Assembly: GCA_963696385.1 (NCBI GenBank)
Contig: CAVOKF010000005.1
Location: 192,001-256,000, forward strand
Origin: an uncultured delta proteobacterium
GTDB taxonomy: Bacteria > Myxococcota_A > Polyangia > Polyangiales > Polyangiaceae
Direction: 5' to 3'
Length of the DNA: 64,000 bases
Notes under the pieces: model-generated
Database searches by the model: none
What the model saw: only the letters and a program-made list of their open reading frames with translations
What the model was told of the DNA's origin: nothing
Program-made: the position numbers and the translations under genes
Shown: positions 18,974-30,011 of the stretch, piece by piece
How positions within the stretch are numbered: position 1 is the first letter of the stretch
Layout: each line of letters starts with the position of its first letter

Positions 18974-19639
18974 CTACGCCGCCTCGGTTACGAGGCCGAA
19001 GGCGGCGATTCCGTATCGGCGAAGTTCGCGACGTATCGCCTGAGTGCGTGTGACGTCGCCCGTGGCGCAGGCCACGAGGTTTGCTGCCCATTCATCGAGA
19101 GTTGACGTTCCGCACGCGGCAAAATCCTCGGATTGGCCGCGAAGCAGGCGTTGCCAGGAAAGCACCTCATCCGTGAACTGGGTCGTACGCACGAGGCCCC
19201 GAGGGCCCAGAATCGCTATTCGCCCCGCCACGAGCGCTTCTGTGCAATCGGCGGCGGGTGAATATCCTTCCATCCTCTTCATCCCAAGAAGTGCGTTGAG
19301 AAGTCCGGCATCCCCGGCGCTGGCACTGAGCTCGAGCGCAACCCTCGAGAGCACCGCGGCAAAGGTGACAAACGCGTCGCGGACGCATGGATCCGGCTGC
19401 GGTTCGTGCCAACGGGGCTCTTCGGCGCCGTCGATGCGCCAGGAAACCGGAGGTTCGGCCAGGAACGGCGGCTCGTCGATGGTTTCAAATGCGAGCTCTT
19501 CCACTACTTCGATGAGCCCGGCATCGTCGTCAAGCCGCGCCCCTTCACTGGAGTCCGCGTTACGACGCTTTGCGCACGAATCCGAGGTTTCGCCGCCAGC
19601 CGACTCGCATGAGGTGTTGCCGCGCGGCTCCTCCCGCAA
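18974..19639 (-). CDS. Hypothetical protein; start uncertain (TTG 19639 with AAGGAG RBS; ORF open to 19825)
   Basis: Long ORF with protein-like acidic N-part and helical C-part; converges on rpoC. Confidence 0.55.
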   Translation of the reverse strand: MREEPRGNTSCESAGGETSDSCAKRRNADSSEGARLDDDAGLIEVVEELAFETIDEPPFLAEPPVSWRIDGAEEPRWHEPQPDPCVRDAFVTFAAVLSRVALELSASAGDAGLLNALLGMKRMEGYSPAADCTEALVAGRIAILGPRGLVRTTQFTDEVLSWQRLLRGQSEDFAACGTSTLDEWAANLVACATGDVTRTQAIRRELRRYGIAAFGLVTEAA

Positions 19640-19785
19640 CCAAATTGCGACTCCTTGTAAGATATGGATATTGTTCGTAAATTCGGCGCATACGGCAACT
19701 CGAAGCGGTGTCTTTGCTGCCACAATGTGCGATGGTAGTGGGGCATCGTATGCCATGGCCAAGTTTAATGGATGGCTCCCGCTAA

Positions 19786-20307
19786 CTAAGCGACAGAGCC
19801 CTCCACATACCGGCGACACGCCCACTCGTGCATGACGATCCCAGCGGCAACGGCGACGGGTAAGGAGTGGTTCACTCCATAGATGGGAATCCCGATGACC
19901 TCCTGAGCGCTACGAAGGATCGCGGCGGGAAGCCCAAACCGTTCACTGCCGAATGCGAAGACCACGCCTCGGGGGAACGCCCGGACCGATCGGATGGATC
20001 GCCGCGCATGATCCTTCTCGATCGCCCACAGCGGCCGGTCGCGGAGGCTATGGAGAAGCTGTGTAGCGTCTGCAAGACGCCGGATGGTCTCGTACTTCTC
20101 CATCCCCATGGAGGCTTTTGCGTACCAGCTCCCGCCACCGACAACGAACACTTCGCGCGCCAGAAAGCTATGGGCGATCCGGATGACCGCCCCGACGGCA
20201 AACGCGTTGCCAGGCGACACCAGAGCAACCGAAAAATCATTGCGAATGGGCTCGAGCGCGGCTCGCACCGCGTCAGGCGACATATCAAGAGGCGTCTCGA
20301 GCGCCAT
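19786..20307 (-). CDS. TrmH/SpoU (SPOUT) RNA 2'-O-methyltransferase
   Basis: [41 protein letters not shown]. Confidence 0.85.
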   Translation of the reverse strand: MALETPLDMSPDAVRAALEPIRNDFSVALVSPGNAFAVGAVIRIAHSFLAREVFVVGGGSWYAKASMGMEKYETIRRLADATQLLHSLRDRPLWAIEKDHARRSIRSVRAFPRGVVFAFGSERFGLPAAILRSAQEVIGIPIYGVNHSLPVAVAAGIVMHEWACRRYVEGSVA

Positions 20308-20319
20308 AGCCCGGCAGGC

Positions 20320-20356
20320 TTGACAGACCCTGGCTTACAAGTAAAGTGCGCCTCCC
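20320..20356 (+). promoter_or_regulatory. Sigma-70 promoter of the str operon
   Basis: Perfect TTGACA (20320-25), 16-nt spacer, TAAAGT (20342-47), GC-rich discriminator GCGCC. Confidence 0.7.
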
Positions 20357-20418
20357 TCTCCGCCTGGGGACAGCCTGCCTGCGCCCTCTGTCAGAGCCCC
20401 TGCGAGACGACGAACCCG

Positions 20419-20817
20419 ATGCCCACGATCGACCAACTCATACGCCACGGCCGAATTGCTGCGCGGGTTAAGACCGCCTCGCCGGCTCTCCGTGCTTGTC
20501 CTCAAAAACGGGGGGTTTGTGTTCGTGTCTACACAACGACCCCGAAGAAGCCGAACTCGGCGCTTCGGAAGGTCTGCCGTGTGCGCCTTACGAACGGCAT
20601 GGAGGTCACGTCGTATATTCCGGGCGAAGGCCACAACCTCCAAGAGCACTCGGTCGTCCTCATCCGAGGCGGCCGGGTCAAGGATCTTCCAGGGGTCCGC
20701 TACCACGTTGTGCGCGGGACGCTCGACGCGTCAGGCGCCATAGGGCCCTCCTCGACCAACAAAGTGAATCGCAACCGCAAGCGCTCCAAATACGGGGTGA
20801 AGCGCCCCAAGGCTTGA
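20419..20817 (+). CDS. rpsL: 30S ribosomal protein S12
   Basis: [27 protein letters not shown]. Confidence 0.98.
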   Translation: MPTIDQLIRHGRIAARVKTASPALRACPQKRGVCVRVYTTTPKKPNSALRKVCRVRLTNGMEVTSYIPGEGHNLQEHSVVLIRGGRVKDLPGVRYHVVRGTLDASGAIGPSSTNKVNRNRKRSKYGVKRPKA

Positions 20818-20877
20818 TGCTGCGTGGAGCGTCCACGCTTCAGCGATAACAAAAAGCTCCAATCCGAGAGAAGACCG

Positions 20878-21348
20878 ATGCCTCGTCGCCGCGAAGTGCC
20901 GAAACGCCGCATTATCCCTGATCCAAAATTCAAGGACAAGCTCGTCACGAAATTCACCAATACACTCATGCTCGAGGGCAAGAAGTCCACCGCGGAAGGC
21001 ATTCTCTACGGCGCTCTCGACGTCATTCGCGACCGATTCAAGGAGGAGCCCCTCGATGTGTTTCGTAAGGCTCTCGACAACGTCAAGCCAAAGCTCGAGG
21101 TGAAGAGTCGGCGCGTCGGCGGCGCTACGTATCAGGTGCCCGTCGAGGTCCGGCCGGAACGGCGCGTGACCCTCGCGATGCGTTGGCTGGTCGCCTACGC
21201 ACGTGATCGGGGAGAAAAAACGATGCGAGAGCGGCTCGCCGCAGAGTTCGTTGACGCGGCCAACGGGCGCGGAAACGCAGTCAAAAAGAAGGACGATACC
21301 CACAAAATGGCCGAGGCCAATAAAGCCTTCGCGCACTATCGCTGGTAA
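20878..21348 (+). CDS. rpsG: 30S ribosomal protein S7
   Basis: [28 protein letters not shown]. Confidence 0.98.
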   Translation: MPRRREVPKRRIIPDPKFKDKLVTKFTNTLMLEGKKSTAEGILYGALDVIRDRFKEEPLDVFRKALDNVKPKLEVKSRRVGGATYQVPVEVRPERRVTLAMRWLVAYARDRGEKTMRERLAAEFVDAANGRGNAVKKKDDTHKMAEANKAFAHYRW

Positions 21349-21647
21349 GCGCGCCGGCAGCACCCGATCCCCACAAACCGAGGAGCTCGATCGATTCACA
21401 TGACGCAACCGACATAAGGATCGGGTCACGCTTCGCCGTCCGGCTCCGCCGGGCGCCTTAACGCCGTGCCCCGACACCCTCTCCGGACCAGCCGCAGATC
21501 ACGCACCTGCGGCGCCTCCCCAAAGCGCGGGGAAGCAGGCCGGAGGGGGTTTCGTGCATTCACGCCACGAGGCGAAGTGCACCGTGCGAATTGAAACGTG
21601 TTCCGTCCTGGCGCCGTTGCGCCCAACGATGAATTGGAGAGGTTTCC

Positions 21648-23765
21648 GTGGCTCGTGAGTACCCGCTGGAGAGGACGCGCAACATCGGCATCATGGCCCA
21701 CATTGATGCCGGCAAAACGACGACCACCGAGCGCGTCCTTTACTACACGGGCGTCAACTACAAAATAGGCGAGGTCCATGAAGGCGCCGCGACGATGGAT
21801 TACATGATTCAGGAGCAGGAGCGCGGCATCACCATCACTTCGGCCGCGACCAACTGCTTCTGGCGCCCGGTGGACGGGCCGTGGGGGGGAATCAGCCATC
21901 GGGTGAACATCATCGATACGCCGGGTCACGTCGACTTCACGATCGAGGTTGAACGCTCGCTGCGCGTCCTTGACGGCGCGGTTGCGGTGTTCGACGGGGG
22001 CAACGGGGTTGAACCACAGAGCGAAACCGTTTGGCGCCAAGCGGACAAGTACAACGTTCCCCGCATAGCGTTCATGAACAAAATGGACAAAGTGGGCGCC
22101 GACTTCCTCATGTGCGTCAACAGCATGAGGGAAAGACTCGGGACCAACCCCGTCCCGATTCAGTGGCCTCTCGGTGAAGAAGATCGGCACAAAGGAATTA
22201 TCGACCTCATCCGCATGAAGGCAGCCGTCTTCGACGACGAGTCGAAGGGGCAAAAGTTCGATTGGGTCGACATCCCCGCCGATCTCAAACCGATCGCCCA
22301 GGAGTGGCACGATAGGTTGATCGAATCGTGTGCCGACTCGGACGATGAGATCATGGCGCTTTACCTCGACGGTCACCCGGAGAAGGTGACGGACGCGATG
22401 ATTCATCGGGCCGTTCGGCACGGCACGATCAACTTCAAACTCGTTCCCGTCATATGCGGTTCCGCATTCAAGAACAAGGGTGTCCAGATGTTGCTCGACG
22501 CAGTCGTCAACTACCTGCCGTCACCTGTCGATATCCCACCCGTCACGGGGGTCGATCCTACGAAGAAGGACAAGCCTCAGGCCGTCCGCAAAGCATCGGA
22601 CGACGAGCCGTTCAGCGCGCTGGCGTTCAAGATTATCAATGACCCGCACGGCAACTTGACCTTTTTTCGCGTCTACTCTGGGCACGTCGGCAGTGGGACG
22701 ATGGTACTCAATTCGTCACGTGATAAGCGCGAGCGCATCGGGCGCATCCTCCGTATGCATGCCAACAAGCGCGAGGAGGTCCAAGAAGCGGACGCGGGTA
22801 ACATCTTCGCGGCGGTGGGCCTCCGCGACACTCGCACCGGCGATACACTCACGGACGAGAAGCACCCCATTCTGCTGGAGCAGATGATCTTTCCGGAGCC
22901 CGTCATCTCGATCGCAATTGAGCCCAAGACGAAGGCCGACGTTGAGAAGCTTGGCGTGAGCCTCCAGAAGCTCGCGCAGGAGGACCCGTCGTTCCGCGCT
23001 CACACCGACGAGGAGTCGGGGCAGACGATCATCAGCGGCATGGGCGAGTTGCATCTGGAGATCATCGTCGATCGGTTGAAGCGGGAGTTCAAAGTCGAAT
23101 CGAATGTCGGCAAGCCGGAAGTTGCGTTTCGGGAGACGATTACCAAAAAACAAGACGGTGAGTACAAGTACGCAAAGCAGTCCGGTGGGCGCGGTCAATA
23201 CGGCCACGTACTCATGGAAATCGAGCCGGCCGAGCGGGGCTCCGGTTTTGTCTTCGAGAACGACATTGTCGGTGGCGTCATCCCCAAGGAGTTCATCCCG
23301 GCCATCGAAAAGGGCGTGCGAGAAGCGATGAGGCGGGGGGTCCTGGCCGGGTTCCCCGTCGTGGACATGAAGGCGCGCTTGTACGACGGCAGCTACCATG
23401 ACGTGGACTCGAGCGCGCAAGCGTTCGAAGTCGCAGGGTCGCTCTGCTTCCAAGAAGCGGCGAGACGGGCGGGCCTCGTACTCCTCGAGCCGATAATGAA
23501 GATTGAGGTTGTCGTCCCCGAGCAGTACATGGGCGACGTCATCGGCGACCTTAACGCTCGTCGTGGGCGGATCTTGGGAATGAGTCAACGCGGCAATGCG
23601 CAGGTCATCGACGCAGAGGTTCCGCTCGCCACGATGTTCGGGTACGTGACCGACCTTCGCTCGATGACACAGGGTCGTGGGACGTCCACGATGCAGTTCG
23701 CCAATTACTCGCCGGTGCCTTCTGCGATCCAGGAGGAGCTCGTGGCGAAGGTAAAGGGTACCTGA
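21648..23765 (+). CDS. fusA: Elongation factor G
   Basis: [33 protein letters not shown] start with GGAGAGG RBS. Confidence 0.98.
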   Translation: MAREYPLERTRNIGIMAHIDAGKTTTTERVLYYTGVNYKIGEVHEGAATMDYMIQEQERGITITSAATNCFWRPVDGPWGGISHRVNIIDTPGHVDFTIEVERSLRVLDGAVAVFDGGNGVEPQSETVWRQADKYNVPRIAFMNKMDKVGADFLMCVNSMRERLGTNPVPIQWPLGEEDRHKGIIDLIRMKAAVFDDESKGQKFDWVDIPADLKPIAQEWHDRLIESCADSDDEIMALYLDGHPEKVTDAMIHRAVRHGTINFKLVPVICGSAFKNKGVQMLLDAVVNYLPSPVDIPPVTGVDPTKKDKPQAVRKASDDEPFSALAFKIINDPHGNLTFFRVYSGHVGSGTMVLNSSRDKRERIGRILRMHANKREEVQEADAGNIFAAVGLRDTRTGDTLTDEKHPILLEQMIFPEPVISIAIEPKTKADVEKLGVSLQKLAQEDPSFRAHTDEESGQTIISGMGELHLEIIVDRLKREFKVESNVGKPEVAFRETITKKQDGEYKYAKQSGGRGQYGHVLMEIEPAERGSGFVFENDIVGGVIPKEFIPAIEKGVREAMRRGVLAGFPVVDMKARLYDGSYHDVDSSAQAFEVAGSLCFQEAARRAGLVLLEPIMKIEVVVPEQYMGDVIGDLNARRGRILGMSQRGNAQVIDAEVPLATMFGYVTDLRSMTQGRGTSTMQFANYSPVPSAIQEELVAKVKGT

Positions 23766-23807
23766 GAAACTTGTATTCCAGCGAATTCGAAAGAGAGAGA
23801 ACGCGTC

Positions 23808-24998
23808 ATGGCCAAGGAGAAGTTCGTACGCAGCAAGCCGCACGTGAACGTGGGGACGATCGGTCACATTGACCACGGGAAGACGACGCTGACGGCGGCG
23901 CTGGTGAAGGTGCAGTCGAAGAAGGGTCTTGCGAAGGTCATCAGCTACAAGGACATCGCGAAGGGTGGGACGGTACGCGACGAGACGAAGACGGTGACGA
24001 TTGCGGTGGCGCACGTGGAGTACGAGAGCGACAAGCGTCACTACGCGCACGTCGATTGTCCGGGTCACGCGGACTACATCAAGAACATGATCACGGGTGC
24101 GGCGCAGATGGACGGTGCGATTCTGGTGGTGAGCGCACTGGACAGCGTGATGCCGCAGACCCGCGAGCACGTTTTGTTGGCGCGTCAAGTGGGTTTGAAC
24201 CACATCGTTGTATTTTTGAACAAGTGCGACGCGGTGGACGACGCGGAGATGCTGGACCTGGTCGAGATGGAGGTCCGAGAGCTTCTGAACAAGTACAAGT
24301 TCGATGGCGACAACGCGACGGTCATCCGTGGTGCGGCGCTACCGGCGCTCAACGGAGACCCGAAGTGGGAAAAATCGATCGACGAGTTGATCGTGGCGCT
24401 GGACGGTCGGATTCCCGACCCGATCCGCGACATCGATAAGCCGTTTTTGATGGCCGTAGAGGACGTATTTTCAATCAAGGGCCGCGGAACGGTGGCGACG
24501 GGTCGAGTCGAGCGCGGGATCGTGAAAGTTCAAGAAGAAGTCGAACTGATCGGATTTGCCGATACACGCAAACTCGTCGTGACGGGCGTGGAGATGTTTC
24601 GCAAGCTCCTGGACCAGGGTCAGGCGGGCGACAACATCGGAGTCTTGCTTCGCGGGATCGAGAAACACGAGATCGAGCGGGGTCAGATTCTGGCCAAGCC
24701 CGGCAGTGTCACGCCGCACACGAAGTTCGAGGGCGAAGTGTACGTGCTCAAAAAGGAGGAAGGAGGCCGGCATACGCCATTCTTCACCAACTACCGCCCG
24801 CAGTTTTACATGCGCACGACCGACGTGACCGGTACCGTGGCACTTCCCGAAGGAACCAAAATGGTCATGCCGGGCGATAACACCAAGATGATCATCGAGC
24901 TCATCACTCCCGTGGCGCTCGAAGAGCAACAGCGGTTCGCCATTCGCGAAGGGGGCCGCACCGTAGGCGCCGGAATCGTTACCAAAATCCTTCAGTAG
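23808..24998 (+). CDS. tuf: Elongation factor Tu, copy 2 (tufA position)
   Basis: Same protein sequence as 5145-6335. Confidence 0.98.
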   Translation: MAKEKFVRSKPHVNVGTIGHIDHGKTTLTAALVKVQSKKGLAKVISYKDIAKGGTVRDETKTVTIAVAHVEYESDKRHYAHVDCPGHADYIKNMITGAAQMDGAILVVSALDSVMPQTREHVLLARQVGLNHIVVFLNKCDAVDDAEMLDLVEMEVRELLNKYKFDGDNATVIRGAALPALNGDPKWEKSIDELIVALDGRIPDPIRDIDKPFLMAVEDVFSIKGRGTVATGRVERGIVKVQEEVELIGFADTRKLVVTGVEMFRKLLDQGQAGDNIGVLLRGIEKHEIERGQILAKPGSVTPHTKFEGEVYVLKKEEGGRHTPFFTNYRPQFYMRTTDVTGTVALPEGTKMVMPGDNTKMIIELITPVALEEQQRFAIREGGRTVGAGIVTKILQ

Positions 24999-25007
24999 GA
25001 GTGTTTG

Positions 25008-25319
25008 ATGGCCGCGACGACCAAAATTCGCATTCGCCTCAAGGCGTTCGATCACCAGCTGCTAGACAAGTCCGCGAGTGACATCGTCGAGACGGCGAAG
25101 CGCACCGGCGCCCGCGTAGCGGGTCCGATCCCACTGCCCACGCATATCGCGCGATACACGGTCCTCCGCGGTCCGCATGTCGACAAGAAGTCGCGAGAGC
25201 AGTTCGAGATTCGCACGCATAAGCGACTTCTCGACATTCTGGATCCGACGCAACAAACGCTTGATGCGCTGATGAAGCTCGACTTGTCGGCAGGGGTCGA
25301 CGTCGAGATCAAGAGCTAG
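25008..25319 (+). CDS. rpsJ: 30S ribosomal protein S10
   Basis: [25 protein letters not shown]. Confidence 0.98.
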   Translation: MAATTKIRIRLKAFDHQLLDKSASDIVETAKRTGARVAGPIPLPTHIARYTVLRGPHVDKKSREQFEIRTHKRLLDILDPTQQTLDALMKLDLSAGVDVEIKS

Positions 25320-25350
25320 GGGCTCGCGAGAGCACAAGACGAGGCATTCG

Positions 25351-26061
25351 ATGGCAACATTCGACGTCTTTAACATGAAGCGCGAGAAGGTCGGCTCGGT
25401 CGACCTATCGGACGAAGTGTTTGGGACTGCGGTCAGAGAGCACCTCTTTTACGAGGTGGTGAAGGCCCAGCTCGCTTCCAAGCGACAGGGCACGCAGTCC
25501 GGAAAGAACCGCTCTGCGGTGAGCGGTAGCACCAAGAAACTCTACAAGCAGAAGGGGACCGGCCGCGCGAGGCACGGATCGATCCGCGCACCGATTTACG
25601 TTGGCGGCGGCCGGGCACATCCACCCCGGCCCCGCGATTGGAGCTATGACCCGCCTCGTCGCGTGCGGGCCCTCGCCCTGGCGAGTGCACTGTCGAAGTT
25701 CGGCAAAGAAGGCCGGATTTTGGTCGTCGATCGCTTTGAGCTTTCGGAGTTCAAAACGAAGAAGCTCATCGAAGTGCTCGAGACCCTTCAGGCGAAGAAG
25801 AAAACCTTAGTCGTGGATTCGGCAGAAAACGAGAAGCTTCGGCTGTCGATACGCAACTGCGAGCATCATCAGTTCTTGCCGCCCGAAGGGGTCAACGTCT
25901 ACGACATTTTGCGCCACGATACGGTGATCCTCTCGCGCGAGGCCGCGCAGGCGCTCGAGACGCGCTGCCTCAAGCAAGTTTCCTCTCATGGGGAGCGACG
26001 TGCCGCGGCGGACTCCGACCAAGGGGCCGGCACCATCCAGTCCGAGCGAGGTGCGGCGTGA
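25351..26061 (+). CDS. rplD: 50S ribosomal protein L4
   Basis: QKGTGRARHGS, GVNVYDIL. Confidence 0.96.
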   Translation: MATFDVFNMKREKVGSVDLSDEVFGTAVREHLFYEVVKAQLASKRQGTQSGKNRSAVSGSTKKLYKQKGTGRARHGSIRAPIYVGGGRAHPPRPRDWSYDPPRRVRALALASALSKFGKEGRILVVDRFELSEFKTKKLIEVLETLQAKKKTLVVDSAENEKLRLSIRNCEHHQFLPPEGVNVYDILRHDTVILSREAAQALETRCLKQVSSHGERRAAADSDQGAGTIQSERGAA

Positions 26062-26366
26062 CACCCGAGCAAATCATCCGTAGGCCGATCGTCTTGACGG
26101 AGAAGGCGAATCTTCTGCGCGAGAAGCACAATCAGTTCGTTTTCGAGGTCGCCCGGACCGCGAATAAGGTGGAAATCAAGCAGGCCGTGCAGAAGTTGTT
26201 CAATGTGCGCGTCACCGACGTGAACACGATGGTGCTGCGTGGCAAGGATCGCCGAATGGGTCGCGGATACGCAAAAACGCAAAATTGGAAGAAAGCGATC
26301 GTGACCCTCAAAAAAGGTGACTCGATTGACTTTTTCGCCGACGCGCCCTCGGCGGCCGGAGCATAG
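26058..26366 (+). CDS. rplW: 50S ribosomal protein L23
   Basis: TEKA, ANKVEIK, WKKAIVTL. Confidence 0.96.
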   Translation: MTPEQIIRRPIVLTEKANLLREKHNQFVFEVARTANKVEIKQAVQKLFNVRVTDVNTMVLRGKDRRMGRGYAKTQNWKKAIVTLKKGDSIDFFADAPSAAGA

Positions 26367-26382
26367 GTACGGGTGAGGACCC

Positions 26383-27216
26383 ATGGCCATTAAGAACTTC
26401 AAGCCGACTTCGCCAGCTCGCCGTTACTACTCGGTCTCCGATTTTCAGGAGCTCACCAAGAGTGCGACGCCGCACCGTCCCCTGCTAGACCATCAGACGA
26501 GGAGTGGCGGCCGAAACAACTTCGGACGCATCACCTCTCGGTTTCGCGGTGGGGGTCACAAGCAGCGTTACCGAATCATCGATTGGAAGCGCGAGAAGAT
26601 CGGCGTGCCGGCTGTCGTTGCGACTATCGAATACGATCCGAACCGAACCGCGCGCATCGCGCTCCTGCACTATGCCGACGGGGAGAAAAGGTACATCTTG
26701 TGTCCGGATGGAATGAAGGTAGGTGACAGGGTCGTCTCCAGCCGCCACGCGGACATCAAGCCGGGAAACTCGATGTCGCTTCGGCACGTGCCGTTGGGCA
26801 CGATGGTCCACAACATCGAGCTCAAGAAGGGCAAGGGCGCCCAGCTCGTCCGCGCCGCCGGCACGGCGGCGGCGCTCATGGCCAAGGACGGTGACTATGC
26901 GCAGGTCCGCCTGCCCTCCGGCGAGGTGCGCATGGTTCATCTGGAATGCCACGCCACGATCGGACAGGTTTCGAACATCGAGCATGCAAACATTTCGCTG
27001 GGCAAGGCCGGCCGTTCCAGATGGCTCGGCCGACGCCCACACAATCGAGGAGTCACAATGAACCCCGTCGATCACCCGATGGGGGGCGGCGAGGGCCGCA
27101 CATCGGGCGGTCGGCACCCCTGCTCGCCGTGGGGACAGCTCGCCAAGGGCCTCAAGACGCGCAACAACAAGCGGACTGACGGGATGATCGTCAAACGCCG
27201 AGGACAGAAAGGCTAG
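26383..27216 (+). CDS. rplB: 50S ribosomal protein L2
   Basis: [21 protein letters not shown]. Confidence 0.98.
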   Translation: MAIKNFKPTSPARRYYSVSDFQELTKSATPHRPLLDHQTRSGGRNNFGRITSRFRGGGHKQRYRIIDWKREKIGVPAVVATIEYDPNRTARIALLHYADGEKRYILCPDGMKVGDRVVSSRHADIKPGNSMSLRHVPLGTMVHNIELKKGKGAQLVRAAGTAAALMAKDGDYAQVRLPSGEVRMVHLECHATIGQVSNIEHANISLGKAGRSRWLGRRPHNRGVTMNPVDHPMGGGEGRTSGGRHPCSPWGQLAKGLKTRNNKRTDGMIVKRRGQKG

Positions 27217-27227
27217 GGCTCACAACG

Positions 27228-27572
27228 ATGGCTCGTTCCGTCAAAAAGGGTCCGTTCGTAGACGGTCATCTCGCCGAGAAAATCGCGTCGGCGCAAGCTG
27301 CTCAAAGCAAAAAAGTCATCAAGACCTGGTCGCGGCGGAGCACGATTACGCCGGACGCCGTCGGACTCACCTTTGCCGTTCACAATGGGCGGAAATTCGT
27401 CCCGGTCTTCGTGACCGAGAACATGGTGGGCCACAAGCTGGGAGAGTTCGCGCCCACCCGCACGTTTCACGGGCACTCGGGCGACAAGAAGTCGAAGGTC
27501 GCTTCGGCCGCCGGTGGTGCTTCCGGCGCAGGCGCCAGGCCGGCCCCCGGCGGCGGCGGCGCGAAGAGGTGA
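27228..27572 (+). CDS. rpsS: 30S ribosomal protein S19
   Basis: [18 protein letters not shown]. Confidence 0.97.
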   Translation: MARSVKKGPFVDGHLAEKIASAQAAQSKKVIKTWSRRSTITPDAVGLTFAVHNGRKFVPVFVTENMVGHKLGEFAPTRTFHGHSGDKKSKVASAAGGASGAGARPAPGGGGAKR

Positions 27573-27687
27573 CCCGCGCCGGACCTCCTCCCCCGCCGAG
27601 CCTACGCGGGCCAGGCTGGCTGACGAGCGCTCGATGCGGTCCGTTCAGCCGGAAGTGGCAGTTTCTCAAGCTAACCGCAGTTTTTAC

Positions 27688-27725
27688 TTGCACGTTGTGG
27701 GCTTGCGATTAAACTACGCGTCCCC
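27688..27725 (+). promoter_or_regulatory. Candidate internal sigma-70 promoter upstream of rplV
   Basis: TTGCAC (27688-93), 16-nt spacer, TAAACT (27710-15), then ACGCGTCCCC; T-tract just upstream. Confidence 0.55.
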
Positions 27726-27854
27726 GTTCCCCCATTGGGGTCTGTCAGAGACAGCTTTCAGCAACTCGGCAATCGTTCAGGTGTCCGTAACGGCCCGTGC
27801 TCCGAGCATTAGGCTCGATGCCCGTGGGTACGACGGTCGCAAGAGGGCCCGACC

Positions 27855-28196
27855 ATGGTCAGTAAGGCAATTGCGCGATTTACGCGGATTAGTCCGCGCA
27901 AGGCGCGCGTCATCGTCGATCTCGTCCGCGGTCGCCAGGCAGGCGAGGCGCTTCAAGTTCTCGAGTTCACCCATCGCTCGGCGGCCCCGATCGTAAAGAA
28001 ACTCATCGAGAGCGCCGTCGCGAACGCGAAAACGCAGAGTCCCGGAGTGGATCTCGATAGCCTTTTTGTCGAGACCGCGTTTGTTGACAAGGCGCCGAAC
28101 AAGCACATGCGTCGCTGGCGGCCTCGTGCGATGGGGCGCGCGACGCGCGTTCAAAAAGGCCTCAGCCACATCACCATCATTCTTGCTGAGCGATAA
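27855..28196 (+). CDS. rplV: 50S ribosomal protein L22
   Basis: RISPRKAR, SAVANA, PRAMGRA. Confidence 0.97.
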   Translation: MVSKAIARFTRISPRKARVIVDLVRGRQAGEALQVLEFTHRSAAPIVKKLIESAVANAKTQSPGVDLDSLFVETAFVDKAPNKHMRRWRPRAMGRATRVQKGLSHITIILAER

Positions 28197-28211
28197 GGGA
28201 CACGCAAAATC

Positions 28212-28907
28212 ATGGGTCAGAAGGTCCACCCCTACGGCTTTCGTTTGGGCGTTATCAAAACTTGGAATTCCAAGTGGTTCGAGGACAAGGCCTACGCGAA
28301 GTGGCTGCACGAAGACATCCGCGTCAAGCGGGCGGTGAAGGAATACCTCCAGAATGCCGGCATCGCGGGGGTCGAGATCGAGCGTGCTGCCAACAAGTGC
28401 AAGGTCATCGTCTTCACGGCGCGGCCGGGGATGGTCATCGGCAAGGGCGGCAAGGGAATCGAAACCCTAAAGACGGGGAATCTGAAGACTGCAGCAAAAG
28501 GCGAGACGCTTTTCCCTGGCGTCCAATCGTTCACCGACAATGAAGTCTTCATCGATGTTCAAGAAGTTCGCAAAGCCGAGACGGCAGCGCAGTTGGTGGC
28601 CGAGAACATCGCCACGCAACTCGAACGCCGTGTCGCTTTCCGTCGGGCGATGAAGAAGGCTCTCTCAACCGCCATGAAATTCGGTGCAAAGGGCATCCGC
28701 ATTCGCTGTTCTGGGCGTTTGGGTGGCAGCGAGATGAGTCGCGTCGAGACCTATCGGGAAGGACGGGTTCCGCTTCACACCCTGCGCGCGGACATCGAGT
28801 TCGGCATGGCCGAGGCGCGCACGAAGTATGGGATCATCGGGGTTAAGGTCTGGGTCTTCAAGGGCGAGGTATTGCAGCGCCGCAACCGTCGCCCTCAACT
28901 CGGTTAA
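28212..28907 (+). CDS. rpsC: 30S ribosomal protein S3
   Basis: [25 protein letters not shown]. Confidence 0.97.
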   Translation: MGQKVHPYGFRLGVIKTWNSKWFEDKAYAKWLHEDIRVKRAVKEYLQNAGIAGVEIERAANKCKVIVFTARPGMVIGKGGKGIETLKTGNLKTAAKGETLFPGVQSFTDNEVFIDVQEVRKAETAAQLVAENIATQLERRVAFRRAMKKALSTAMKFGAKGIRIRCSGRLGGSEMSRVETYREGRVPLHTLRADIEFGMAEARTKYGIIGVKVWVFKGEVLQRRNRRPQLG

Positions 28908-28927
28908 TTCGGTCGGAGTCTTGAGAG

Positions 28928-29344
28928 ATGCTCTCGCCCAAGCGCACCAAATATCGTAAGGCCCAAAAGGGCAACAACCGAGGCATGGCCCGTCGTGGCA
29001 GTGACGTGTCGTTCGGCGATTTCGCAATGCAGGCCACGGAGACCGGACGCGTGACCGCGCGTCAGATCGAAGCCGCGCGCATGGCCATTACCCGACACGT
29101 CAAACGCGCTGGCAAGCTTTGGATTCGGGTCTTCCCCGACCGCCCGGTGACCAAGAAGCCTCTTGAGGTGCGCATGGGAGGCGGCAAAGGTGCGGTCGAG
29201 GAGTGGGCCGCCGAAGTTCTACCGGGTCGGGTGCTGTACGAGCTCGCGGGTGTGGACGAAACCACGGCACGCGAAGCGTTTCGGCTTGCGGGGCACAAGC
29301 TTCCGGTCGCGGTGAAATTCCTCTCACGCGGAGAGATCGCATGA
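28928..29344 (+). CDS. rplP: 50S ribosomal protein L16
   Basis: [15 protein letters not shown]. Confidence 0.97.
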   Translation: MLSPKRTKYRKAQKGNNRGMARRGSDVSFGDFAMQATETGRVTARQIEAARMAITRHVKRAGKLWIRVFPDRPVTKKPLEVRMGGGKGAVEEWAAEVLPGRVLYELAGVDETTAREAFRLAGHKLPVAVKFLSRGEIA

Positions 29345-29691
29345 AGGCATCCGATTTACGTCAGAAAGCCGCAGACGACTTGGTCGATCTCCAGAAGTCG
29401 CTCGTGCGCGATGTGTTTCAGAACCGGCTGAAGAACTTCACCAATCGGCTCGACGACACGAGCGCGATTCGCAAGACCAGGCGGGAGCTGGCACGGGTTC
29501 TCACGCTCCTTCGGGAGCGCGACGCGAACAATCCCGCCACGACCTCGTCGGCCGACAAGGCGCCGAAGCCGGTCGAAGCAAACGGGCGCGTGGGCGAGGC
29601 GGCGCGGCTGAGGTTGAAAGACGCAGCTCCGGCCGAGGGCGCGCGAAGCCGCCAGACGGGCGCTGAGAAGATCGAGGTCAAGTCACCATGA
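29341..29691 (+). CDS. rpmC: 50S ribosomal protein L29 with C-terminal extension
   Basis: MKASDLRQK...[18 protein letters not shown]; synteny. Confidence 0.9.
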   Translation: MKASDLRQKAADDLVDLQKSLVRDVFQNRLKNFTNRLDDTSAIRKTRRELARVLTLLRERDANNPATTSSADKAPKPVEANGRVGEAARLRLKDAAPAEGARSRQTGAEKIEVKSP

Positions 29692-30005
29692 GCGAAAATG
29701 CACCGTCGGTCGGCGCCGGGGAGGTAAGCACCGCGAGCGACCACGAGGGTCACGGGTTCCGCCGCAAAATGACGGGGCGGGTCGTCAGTGCGAAGATGCA
29801 GAAGACGGTCGTCGTCGAAGTCGTCACGCACCGGCGCGACCCCCTTTATGGCAAGTACGTGAGGTCACGAATGCGTTACAAGGCGCATGACCAGAACGGC
29901 GAGTTCAAGCCGGGCGATCAGGTCGAAATCCAGGAGCACCGCCCGATCAGTCGGGACAAGCGCTGGCTAGTCACACGCCTCGTAAAGAAATACGTGGAGG
30001 AGTAG
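29688..30005 (+). CDS. rpsQ: 30S ribosomal protein S17
   Basis: KMQKTVVV, RPISRDKRW. Confidence 0.96.
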   Translation: MSENAPSVGAGEVSTASDHEGHGFRRKMTGRVVSAKMQKTVVVEVVTHRRDPLYGKYVRSRMRYKAHDQNGEFKPGDQVEIQEHRPISRDKRWLVTRLVKKYVEE

Positions 30006-30011
30006 TCCGCC

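Noticed and set aside
19867..20418. ORF-track 5' extensions of rpsL (and similarly rplF, adk, rpmC, the binding protein and the SGNH gene)
   Set aside because: Artefacts of choosing the first start codon; conserved N-termini and RBS positions indicate downstream starts.
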